64,000 bases of DNA from Bdellovibrionales bacterium (GTDB taxonomy: Bacteria > Bdellovibrionota > Bdellovibrionia > Bdellovibrionales > UBA1609). Location: positions 100,399-164,398 of the forward strand of contig DAHVQG010000004.1 in assembly GCA_027317865.1 (NCBI GenBank). Reading direction: 5' to 3'. Positions within the stretch are counted from its first letter, which is position 1, and each line of letters starts with the position of its first letter. Under the pieces are notes generated by a model. That model ran no database searches, had not been told where the DNA came from, and was given only the letters and a program-made list of their open reading frames with translations. The translations under genes were made by a program, and so were the position numbers. Below, one piece after another: positions 40,060 through 48,075 of the stretch.

Positions 40060-41454
40060 ATGAAAACAAAGTCCATTTTTGTGTGTCAAAATTGCGGCGC
40101 CGAACGGCCCAAGTGGGAGGGTCAATGTCGCGACTGCGGCGCATGGAATTCATTAGTCGAAGAAACTGTCACAAATGCTCCCAAAGGAGCGAGATCGTGG
40201 TCCGTTGGTTCGTCTGCTGGCAATACTTCAGACACCCGCATCGCCGCTTTGCAGCTGGACTCCGTCATTGAAATTAAAGACTCCCGACGATGGTCAACCG
40301 GCATGAAAGAACTGGACCGTGTTTTAGGGAGCGGACTCGTACCCGGAAGTTATGTGTTACTCGGCGGCGATCCAGGAATTGGCAAAAGCACGCTGCTTAT
40401 GCAAATGGCCGGACAATTGGCGCGCGAAGACCGGCGTGTTTTGTACGTTTCGGGCGAAGAAAGTGTGGAGCAAACCGCGCTGCGCGCGCAACGCCTGGGA
40501 GTTCGCACTGCGCAGGTTAAAGTTGCGAGCGAAAGCCGTTTAACTAATATTTTGAATTTGGTGGACAAAGAAAAACCGAACGTGTTGATTGTCGATTCGA
40601 TTCAAACGATTTATGTGGAAGAAATTCCATCGGCGCCTGGTACAGTCTCACAAGTGCGCGAATGCGCAGGCCGTTTAATGGCTGTGGCGAAAAGTCAAAA
40701 CGTTGCGGTTTTTTTGGTCGGACACATCACAAAAGACGGCTCAATCGCCGGCCCGAAAACCCTCGAACATATGGTCGATACGGTTCTGTCTTTTGAGGGC
40801 GATGCAAACTATCAATACCGGCTTTTGCGCGCGCAAAAAAATCGTTTTGGCCCGACAAATGAGCTTGGCGTTTTTCAAATGGCAAGCGAAGGACTTATCG
40901 AAGTTGAAAATCCCTCCGAAATGTTTTTGGCCGAACGTGGTAAAAGTCTAATCGGCTCAACTGTTTTTGCGGCAATCGAAGGTTCGAGACCTCTTCTGTG
41001 CGAAGTGCAAGCTCTCACCTCTTCAACTTACATGGCGACCCCACGGCGGACAGCGATCGGTGTCGACGTCAACCGCGTTCACCTGCTTGCCGCCGTACTT
41101 GATAAACACCTCGACCGCGATTTTTCTCGTAACGACGTATTCGTCAACGTCGTAGGAGGGCTACGACTCACTGAACCGGCCGCAGACCTCGCGATTGCCG
41201 CGGCGATGCTTTCAACGTTAGGTTCAAAGCCACTCCCCGCGAATACGGCGCTATTTGGAGAAATCGGCCTGACCGGCGAAGTGCGGGCCGTCACCTTCGC
41301 TGCCGAACGTTTGCGCGAAGCCGAAAAATTGGGTTTTCAATCGGTGATTCTGCCGAAAAACTGCGAGCGCTTAATTAAAGCAAATCACGCAAAAACGCTC
41401 ACAACTAAAATGAATTTACGTTTTATCCGGCACGTGGACGAGCTAGTGAATTAA
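40060..41454 (+). CDS. radA: DNA repair protein RadA/Sms
   Basis: C4 zinc finger, GDPGIGKST, KNRFG, Lon-like C-terminus. Confidence 0.97.
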   Translation: MKTKSIFVCQNCGAERPKWEGQCRDCGAWNSLVEETVTNAPKGARSWSVGSSAGNTSDTRIAALQLDSVIEIKDSRRWSTGMKELDRVLGSGLVPGSYVLLGGDPGIGKSTLLMQMAGQLAREDRRVLYVSGEESVEQTALRAQRLGVRTAQVKVASESRLTNILNLVDKEKPNVLIVDSIQTIYVEEIPSAPGTVSQVRECAGRLMAVAKSQNVAVFLVGHITKDGSIAGPKTLEHMVDTVLSFEGDANYQYRLLRAQKNRFGPTNELGVFQMASEGLIEVENPSEMFLAERGKSLIGSTVFAAIEGSRPLLCEVQALTSSTYMATPRRTAIGVDVNRVHLLAAVLDKHLDRDFSRNDVFVNVVGGLRLTEPAADLAIAAAMLSTLGSKPLPANTALFGEIGLTGEVRAVTFAAERLREAEKLGFQSVILPKNCERLIKANHAKTLTTKMNLRFIRHVDELVN

Positions 41455-41601
41455 TACGCCACCTCGAATTCAAGCCAAGCTCACGATAAGGCCCTAATTC
41501 CGCATATAAGAAAATGTTTGAGCATTGTGGCCGAATCACGAAAAAATTTCTCGAAAGCAAAAACCTGCGGCACAATTTATTGTTTAACAGTAGCCACCTA
41601 T

Positions 41602-41703
41602 AGATTGTTTATGCCATAAATCTGTTCGGGTTACCATATTGCCAATACGGTGTTGGCTATGGTTTTGGGGTCGACGTTTCGCGAGCGTTCGGCCTTTTTT
41701 TTT
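41602..41703 (+). ncRNA. Candidate three-hairpin small RNA (or structured radA 3' UTR)
   Basis: Successive stem-loops ending in a terminator within a 276-bp gap between convergent genes. Confidence 0.35.
41669..41703 (+). terminator. Rho-independent terminator
   Basis: GGTCGA-CGTTT-cgc-GAGCG-t-TCGGCC followed by T9. Confidence 0.75.
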
Positions 41704-41730
41704 GGGGAGTTGGGGCCGCGCCGGCAGCAG

Positions 41731-43230
41731 TTACAAGGCCCCACGCGCCCGATCAATTGCGCGGTGCCATTGATCAACTCGCTTTGCCTGCTCTTTTTTC
41801 AACATTTTCGGTTCAAAACGCTGATCGAGATGCCATGCTGATTTTAAATCGTTTTTGTTCTTCCACAAACCAACGCCGAGGCCCGCAAGAAAGGCGGCGC
41901 CAATAGCTGTCGTTTCGATCATGCGCGGCCGTTCAATCGCCTGCCCCAAATAATCGGCTTGCAACTGCATCAATAAATTATTGGCGGTCGCCCCGCCATC
42001 GACTCGCAATGAGCGCAGTTTGTGACCTAAATCTTTTTGCATCGCACGCAAAATGTCGAGGTTTTGCATGGCCATGGCGTCGAGAGTGGCCCGCGCAAGA
42101 TGAGCGCTCGTCGAACCGCGCGTAAGACCAGTAATAATTCCTCGCGCTTCGGGGTCCCAATATGGAGCACCGAGCCCCGTGAGAGCCGGTACAAAATCCA
42201 CCCCAGCCGAATCCGAAACTTGGCGCGCAAGATCTTCGATTTCCGAGCTGCGGGTGATGAGTTTTAATCCGTCGCGTAGCCATTGTACGGCGGCTCCGCA
42301 GATAAACGCCCCACCCTCAAGCGCATAAGTCATTTTTGTTTCGCCTTGCAGACGCCAAGCGATCGTCGTGAGAATGCCCGACTTCGACGCGACTCGTTTC
42401 GCGCCGGTATTCATGAGCAAAAAACTGCCTGTTCCAAACGTGCATTTCGCGTCGCCGCTGCCAAAACAAGTCTGGCCAAAAAGCGCCGCCTGTTGATCTC
42501 CAGCCATTCCCGCGATCGGAATGCCGTCAGGTAAACCGGGGACCGATTTGGTTTTGGCAATCTCGCCGGATGAATTCACAATTTCAGGTAGCAACGCACG
42601 CGGCACGCCGCCAAAAAGTTTCAAAAGTTCGTCGTCCCATTCACCGGTTTCAATATTCATGAGTTGCGTGCGAGACGCATTTGAAACATCGGTTACGTGT
42701 TTTTTGCCGCCTGACAAACGCCAAACCAAAAACGAATCGATCGTGCCGGCGGCAAGCTCGCCTCGTCGTGCACGCGCCTCTGCACCATCGACGTTTTTAA
42801 GAAGCCAACGGATTTTACTCGCAGAAAAATACGGATCGATGACGAGACCTGTTTTTTTCGCGATTTTTTTAGCTTGACCGGCCTTTTTTAGCTTTTCACA
42901 AAAATCAGTGGTGCGCCGGCATTGCCAAACAATGGCATTATGAACCGGTCGGTTCGTTTCACGACTCCATATCGTTACTGTTTCGCGCTGATTGGTAATA
43001 CCGATCGCGGCAATATCATGCGGATTGACCCCCGCTTTCGCTATAACGAGACCGATCGTCTCAGTAACAGATTGCCAAATGTCTTCGGGATCGTGTTCAA
43101 CCCACCCCGGCTTTGGAAATATCTGCGGAAACTCTTTATTCACCTTGGCGACCGCAAAACCACCGTGATCGATTAACATCGACGTCGTGCCGGTTGTACC
43201 TTGGTCGATCGCTAGGATATATTGGGACAT
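41731..43230 (-). CDS. glpK: Glycerol kinase
   Basis: IDQGTTG, GITNQRET, TDVSNASRT, GDQQAALFGQ, DGGA. Confidence 0.97.
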   Translation of the reverse strand: MSQYILAIDQGTTGTTSMLIDHGGFAVAKVNKEFPQIFPKPGWVEHDPEDIWQSVTETIGLVIAKAGVNPHDIAAIGITNQRETVTIWSRETNRPVHNAIVWQCRRTTDFCEKLKKAGQAKKIAKKTGLVIDPYFSASKIRWLLKNVDGAEARARRGELAAGTIDSFLVWRLSGGKKHVTDVSNASRTQLMNIETGEWDDELLKLFGGVPRALLPEIVNSSGEIAKTKSVPGLPDGIPIAGMAGDQQAALFGQTCFGSGDAKCTFGTGSFLLMNTGAKRVASKSGILTTIAWRLQGETKMTYALEGGAFICGAAVQWLRDGLKLITRSSEIEDLARQVSDSAGVDFVPALTGLGAPYWDPEARGIITGLTRGSTSAHLARATLDAMAMQNLDILRAMQKDLGHKLRSLRVDGGATANNLLMQLQADYLGQAIERPRMIETTAIGAAFLAGLGVGLWKNKNDLKSAWHLDQRFEPKMLKKEQAKRVDQWHRAIDRARGAL

Positions 43231-43231
43231 A

Positions 43232-43954
43232 ATGGACTCCGTTGAAAAACTCGTATTTCAAAAAATGCCGCGCTTTCTACTCGAAATTATGCGGAAATAC
43301 TTTCGCGTGCAAGTAGAGGGGCTAGAGCATTTGCCCCGAACGGGTCCGTTCATCGTCGCGCCCAACCATTCTGGTTTTTCGGGTCTCGATGCCATGATTT
43401 TGATGCACGAAATTCACCGCTCGACGGGGCGACTCCCGAAAGTTCTCGCGCACCGCTTTTGGTTTCTGACCAAAGCGACGGCCGTGCCGGCTAAGCGGCT
43501 CGGTTTCGTTCAAGCTTCGATGTCGAACGGCGTTCGGGAACTTAAGAAAAATCATATCATCATCATCTTCCCCGAAGGCGAACAAGGCAACTTCAAACCG
43601 ACCAGCCGAGCCTATCAACTCCAAGAGTTTAAACGCGGCTTTGTGCGTATGGCCGTACAAACCGGCGCACCAATTATTCCAACTATGATCATTGGTGCCG
43701 AAGAAACGAGCATTAACCTGGATCAGCTCAAACTACCGCGAGTTTTAAAAGGAGCTATATTGCCGCTCCCGCTCAACTTGCTGCCGCTCCCCGCAAAATG
43801 GAAGATTAAATTTTTGCCGCCAATTGTACTACCCTACAAGGTAGAATCGGCACGCGACAATGATCTCATGCACGAGATCGCCGAAGATATTCAGGACCAA
43901 GTACAAGACCACCTGCGCGCCGAGGTGCGCGCGCGCAAGTCTATTTTTCGATGA
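43232..43954 (+). CDS. Lysophospholipid/glycerol acyltransferase (PlsC family)
   Basis: NHSGFSGLD, FPEG, FKRGFVRMA; likely start ATG 43232. Confidence 0.85.
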   Translation: MDSVEKLVFQKMPRFLLEIMRKYFRVQVEGLEHLPRTGPFIVAPNHSGFSGLDAMILMHEIHRSTGRLPKVLAHRFWFLTKATAVPAKRLGFVQASMSNGVRELKKNHIIIIFPEGEQGNFKPTSRAYQLQEFKRGFVRMAVQTGAPIIPTMIIGAEETSINLDQLKLPRVLKGAILPLPLNLLPLPAKWKIKFLPPIVLPYKVESARDNDLMHEIAEDIQDQVQDHLRAEVRARKSIFR

Positions 43955-43962
43955 CGGCAAGC

Positions 43963-45750
43963 TCATTTTTGACAGTTGAAGGTGTCCAGCGTATATGCGC
44001 CATCCGAAGTTGGAAAACCTATGGCACCCTGATCCCAATAATATCGGCCGCTAAATTTTTGTAATTTTTGACTTCGATTAAAAGTTACATAATAGAATCT
44101 TCCATCTTTAGGTAATTTGACAACCGATCCATCGACCGCTTCAAATTTTTGGCCGTCACCCTTAAAAGTAGCGGCGGCAACTGTCCCAGATTTGTAAAAC
44201 CAAGTTTGCAAGTTCACTTTGGCCGTTTTACCGCCCCCCGCGCTGAAGCACGCAATCGTTTGCGGAGAGATTTTTTTGCCATTGATAGTGACGGTCTGGC
44301 CCGGAGCTAAATATCCGATTCTGACACTTCCGTTCGGATAAAAGGACATGCGTCGAACTGGACTATGATTGATCCAAAAGCTATTATGTTGTGGAAAATT
44401 TGTCGTAAATTTCAGCCTTTGATTGCCGACTAGAAAAGTGCCGTCGGCAGCAAGAAAACCGCGCTTAATCGAGCTATTTTTATATAAACTAATATTGCCT
44501 ATAAAACTTCGATAACCGTTTCGGGTAGCAACCACAGCCGGCTTTTGCAAATCTAGATAACGGATTGTGCCGTCGGGATAGTATTCTATTTTCCCCTCAT
44601 CAGGTACAGCAAACGACGCTCCGAAAGCGTGGATAGTTTGCGCCCCATCTAAAGTGACTGACTCAATTTGCCCATTCGGATAAACCATTACCGGGTCGCC
44701 GCTTGGGTTTCCTAGCCAAACATTTAAACCCGCGATCTTAGCCTTGTAACGTTGCGATAAGTATAATTCCAGTCCCGGCGGATAGGTTACGCTCCCGCGG
44801 GTTCCGCGGTATCCACTATCATATGCCTGTTTGGGATCATCGTCGTACACTGCCGATTTAACATGCTCAATGGTTTGCCCACTCCGTAGCGCAAAAGTCG
44901 GTAAAGCTATCTCACTAGGTGAAATATATGTTCTTCCATTGTTATAAACGTTTGGATCAGGAACCGTATATTCTGAATAGATAAGAGTTTTTGAATTATC
45001 GAGGCGCACTCTAAATTTTTGCCCAATACACCACGCAAGTCCCTTGGCCTTAACTGAAAACTTACAAACTCTGGGGCTTGGTACTTCTAAACCAGTTGCT
45101 TGAAGTGCCCTCACGTATTCGGCGGGGGTCATATTTTGCATGGCCGCCGAGCTGATGACAAAATTATAGTAGCGAGACCCATCAGATGATTGTTTGCCAA
45201 TGCTCATAGCATACCGATAAATTACTTCATGCAATATGATGCCAGCCCGCGTGTGATTGGGCGCGTGAGCCCACACATCTTCGTTAACGAGATACCTTTT
45301 TTCGAGCGGCATGGGATTTCGAATTTGATAAACGAATTGCTCAAGCGAACATCCAGCCGGCGGATTGATCGCTTCATGATGATCCGTCGCAATAGTTTTA
45401 ATCATGGCTCTTGGCAGAAATTGAGCTTCACTCATAAAATGATTTGCGCCATTACTGATCCACTTTGCCGCCACAGGGTCAATTTTGGCGAGTCTTCGAA
45501 GCACATAATGAACTTGGGTCATATAACCAACGTTATCGGGGAGCATCGCAAGAGGTAATCCCGTCAACGTTTCACCCTCAACATAATCAAGAAGTTCAAC
45601 CGATCTACCGGTATGGCAAACAAATGCGTCACCTCCACCACCTTCTTTGCCTGCGACGGCACCGCTCGCAAATGCCCGCGAGGCGATCAGAGCGCTCGTT
45701 GCAATGATCGCAAGTCCACTAAATAAGAAGCTATTTTTTATAACGCTCAT
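43963..45750 (-). CDS. Secreted hypothetical protein: N-terminal GGGGD...LHE domain plus C-terminal beta-hairpin repeats
   Basis: Signal peptide, GKEGGGGDAFVC, LLDYVE, AGIILHEVIY; repeats of [FYVL]Y[PK][NDS]Gx[IV]. Confidence 0.75.
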   Translation of the reverse strand: MSVIKNSFLFSGLAIIATSALIASRAFASGAVAGKEGGGGDAFVCHTGRSVELLDYVEGETLTGLPLAMLPDNVGYMTQVHYVLRRLAKIDPVAAKWISNGANHFMSEAQFLPRAMIKTIATDHHEAINPPAGCSLEQFVYQIRNPMPLEKRYLVNEDVWAHAPNHTRAGIILHEVIYRYAMSIGKQSSDGSRYYNFVISSAAMQNMTPAEYVRALQATGLEVPSPRVCKFSVKAKGLAWCIGQKFRVRLDNSKTLIYSEYTVPDPNVYNNGRTYISPSEIALPTFALRSGQTIEHVKSAVYDDDPKQAYDSGYRGTRGSVTYPPGLELYLSQRYKAKIAGLNVWLGNPSGDPVMVYPNGQIESVTLDGAQTIHAFGASFAVPDEGKIEYYPDGTIRYLDLQKPAVVATRNGYRSFIGNISLYKNSSIKRGFLAADGTFLVGNQRLKFTTNFPQHNSFWINHSPVRRMSFYPNGSVRIGYLAPGQTVTINGKKISPQTIACFSAGGGKTAKVNLQTWFYKSGTVAAATFKGDGQKFEAVDGSVVKLPKDGRFYYVTFNRSQKLQKFSGRYYWDQGAIGFPTSDGAYTLDTFNCQK

Positions 45751-45751
45751 C

Positions 45752-46516
45752 TTAGTTCTCCTCCCTTGTCACGGGATAAAGTGAAATGGCCAAATTATAA
45801 ACTTGGGTTGGATTTTTATTTTTCTCTAAAAAGTGGCAAAGTTCGCGGCGAAATTTTTTAATTTTATCTATCGCTTGCGGTAAATCTTCTGGATGTGCCG
45901 CCATGGTGATGGAGGTATGGTTACGAATATCAATGGGTAGTTCTTCAAGGGCGCGAATCGACATTTCAAGAATTTGCTTCTGAAGTTTCTTTGAGGCGCC
46001 ACTTGTGAGGTTGTCTGAAATATTGGTGGCAAGACCGGCGGCAGTTGTATCGCGCCACCGACCTCGCTTATCAATTTCAAGAAAACCGACTCGCATCAAC
46101 CGGTCTATTGCAATCTGCGTTTCGGTCGGACTGATCCCGAGCGTTTTTGCGATACGGGCAATATTAGCCTTAAAACCCTTTGTTTTGATCAATTCAAGAA
46201 TGGCATAGTGGTACCAATCCGAAATGATCGCATAAGTGTCGAGTGTAATTTGTTGAAATTCGTGGTGGTCAGAACCGTCACTCGGCCGACCGCTATGTTT
46301 ATTTTGAAACTTCTGTATTTTATCAAGCGACAAGCCCAGCGCGAGGCCCAAGCGTTCGCACATTTTAACCGTGAGCGGTCTTTTACCGCGTAAAATGCTC
46401 GAAAGCGGTGAGGCTTCGACGCCTAACGATCGAGCATAAGCCCGAAGTGAATACTTCGGGTTCTTACGACAGCGCTCAACAAAAGTCTCTTGAAGGAGGT
46501 CACGAAAGGTTTGCAT
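45752..46516 (-). CDS. TIGR02147/DUF4423-type HTH protein
   Basis: KNPKYSLRAYARSLG...LSSILRGKR, ISDWYHYAILEL, QVYNLAISLYP. Confidence 0.85.
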   Translation of the reverse strand: MQTFRDLLQETFVERCRKNPKYSLRAYARSLGVEASPLSSILRGKRPLTVKMCERLGLALGLSLDKIQKFQNKHSGRPSDGSDHHEFQQITLDTYAIISDWYHYAILELIKTKGFKANIARIAKTLGISPTETQIAIDRLMRVGFLEIDKRGRWRDTTAAGLATNISDNLTSGASKKLQKQILEMSIRALEELPIDIRNHTSITMAAHPEDLPQAIDKIKKFRRELCHFLEKNKNPTQVYNLAISLYPVTREEN

Positions 46517-46552
46517 GGAGCGAACAGTACTACAGTTACTAAAATCTCCATA

Positions 46553-46588
46553 AATAATTTGTCACAAACTGTGACAAATTATTGTCAC
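46553..46588. promoter_or_regulatory. Perfect 14-bp inverted repeat plus a third half-site; putative operator
   Basis: AATAATTTGTCACA-aac-TGTGACAAATTATT (46553-46583), extended by GTCAC. Confidence 0.7.
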
Positions 46589-46671
46589 GGGTAAAATGTT
46601 CAAGGTGGGCAGACGGATTCCGGCCAAGTTCGGCACATGAAGGCGGTACCTAATCGCGGTGAGGAGCAAAT

Positions 46672-46887
46672 CTATTTTTCGATAATATCGTGACCTATAA
46701 CCCGCACGATTTTTTGCCATCTATCTATGACAAATCCTGGATTGCTGGGATTACGCGATACCATAGTGTTCGCGATCAAAATGTAAATTCCAAGCCCTAC
46801 AAGCAAAAGTAGAACATATTCCACCGCAATTTGACCCGATTGACCGAGCCGCCTCGGACGTTCGCTTTTGACATTCGCCCCTCGCAT
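46672..46887 (-). CDS. Small Flp/TadE-like prepilin
   Basis: Basic leader, G|QIAVEY cleavage motif, hydrophobic helix; start uncertain. Confidence 0.65.
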   Translation of the reverse strand: MRGANVKSERPRRLGQSGQIAVEYVLLLLVGLGIYILIANTMVSRNPSNPGFVIDRWQKIVRVIGHDIIEK

Positions 46888-46896
46888 GTCTACAGT
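46868..46896 (+). promoter_or_regulatory. Sigma70 promoter TTGACA-N17-TACAGT, 7 nt before the tlpA-like ATG
   Basis: Perfect -35 and 17-nt spacer; no SD. Confidence 0.7.
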
Positions 46897-46903
46897 CGCG
46901 CGC

Positions 46904-47491
46904 ATGAAACGTGTTCTCACCATCATGAAAATTTCAGCAACTTTGCTCATCGTTCTTATTCTCGGTCTTTTATACTACAGTTCTAAAAAAGAAACCGCAC
47001 AGCTTCATATGGTTATCAGGACGAACATCCCGAACGCGAGCCCGCCTTCAATGCGACATAAAGCTCTTGATATACCTCTGCCCATTGTTGGCCCGCATGG
47101 TCACGTACACGAAATAAAAACCACAAAATGGCTCGGTAAAGTAGTTCATTTGGTTTTTTGGGCGCAGTGGTGCGAACCGTGCCGGATCGAGTTACCTGTG
47201 CTTGAAAAGGAGCAAGTTGAACATCGAAAAGACGTCCAAGTCGTCCTCATTGACGTCGACTCCCACGCCTCGGGCCGGATTGCCGCTGCCGAGCTTGCAA
47301 AACAAGAAGCACCGGATATTCCGCTCGCCTTTGATAAAAGTGGAAGGCTTGAAATCACCTACAATATTCACGCCCTCCCCCTTCATGTGCTCATTGATCG
47401 CAAAGGTCGAATTGTAACGATGTTCACAAGCACAATTTATCATCGCCCGCAGTTTGAGCGGTTGCTTGATGAGCTCATTAGTGAAAAATAG
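46904..47491 (+). CDS. TlpA/ResA-family membrane-anchored thiol-disulfide oxidoreductase
   Basis: TM anchor, FWAQWCEPC, ALP cis-Pro loop. Confidence 0.85.
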   Translation: MKRVLTIMKISATLLIVLILGLLYYSSKKETAQLHMVIRTNIPNASPPSMRHKALDIPLPIVGPHGHVHEIKTTKWLGKVVHLVFWAQWCEPCRIELPVLEKEQVEHRKDVQVVLIDVDSHASGRIAAAELAKQEAPDIPLAFDKSGRLEITYNIHALPLHVLIDRKGRIVTMFTSTIYHRPQFERLLDELISEK

Positions 47492-47505
47492 TGACTAAAA
47501 TTAAA

Positions 47506-47967
47506 TCAAATTTCAGCATCTGACGCCGAAACCAATTCCGTTTCATCGGCAATTTCGGCGACGATTTTATCCGATTGTTCCGCCAAAACGCGCGCGATCG
47601 ATTCAATGTGCGAATAAACGCGGTCCACATCGGCGTCCGTCAACGGTCCACGCACGCCGATCACATAATCAACCCCGAGCCGATCCACTCGCACCGATTC
47701 AGAATTTACCGTGTCGCTAAATGACATCGAAAATGCTTCGGCGGAGGGGTAAAGCATGACAAAAATATTCACGCCGGTGCGCCTGAATTTCTCGCGAATT
47801 TTTGCGTACAATTCTTGTAGCCTCTGTTGCGCGACAAAATATATTTTGAGCGCTTGAGGTTCTTGAAACTGCGCAAAGTAGATGCGAAGCGGTCCATCAA
47901 AGATGGCGGCATTAAACGCGGGTGAATAAAATCGTGATTGAGCAAGAAAAGAAATTTGCGGTCGCAT
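47506..47967 (-). CDS. Hypothetical protein
   Basis: 153-aa ORF with AGGAG SD filling the gap; no recognised domain. Confidence 0.7.
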   Translation of the reverse strand: MRPQISFLAQSRFYSPAFNAAIFDGPLRIYFAQFQEPQALKIYFVAQQRLQELYAKIREKFRRTGVNIFVMLYPSAEAFSMSFSDTVNSESVRVDRLGVDYVIGVRGPLTDADVDRVYSHIESIARVLAEQSDKIVAEIADETELVSASDAEI

Positions 47968-48075
47968 GTTGGGCTCCTAGTTATTGAACGACGATGCCGT
48001 GAAACAATGAAGTCTCCCCACAGCCATAGCCTAGAAAACCTTTTTCACAGTTTGCAACAAAAATCTTTTAGCGGG

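Noticed and set aside
39988-40125. N-terminal extension of Slt overlapping radA (similar extensions for NtrC, LpxK, LpxB, RplY, PlsC, TlpA)
   Set aside because: Downstream starts have an SD or promoter support and match expected N-termini or signal peptides
41650-41841. 63-aa plus-strand ORF after radA
   Set aside because: Crosses the terminator and runs antisense into glpK; no SD
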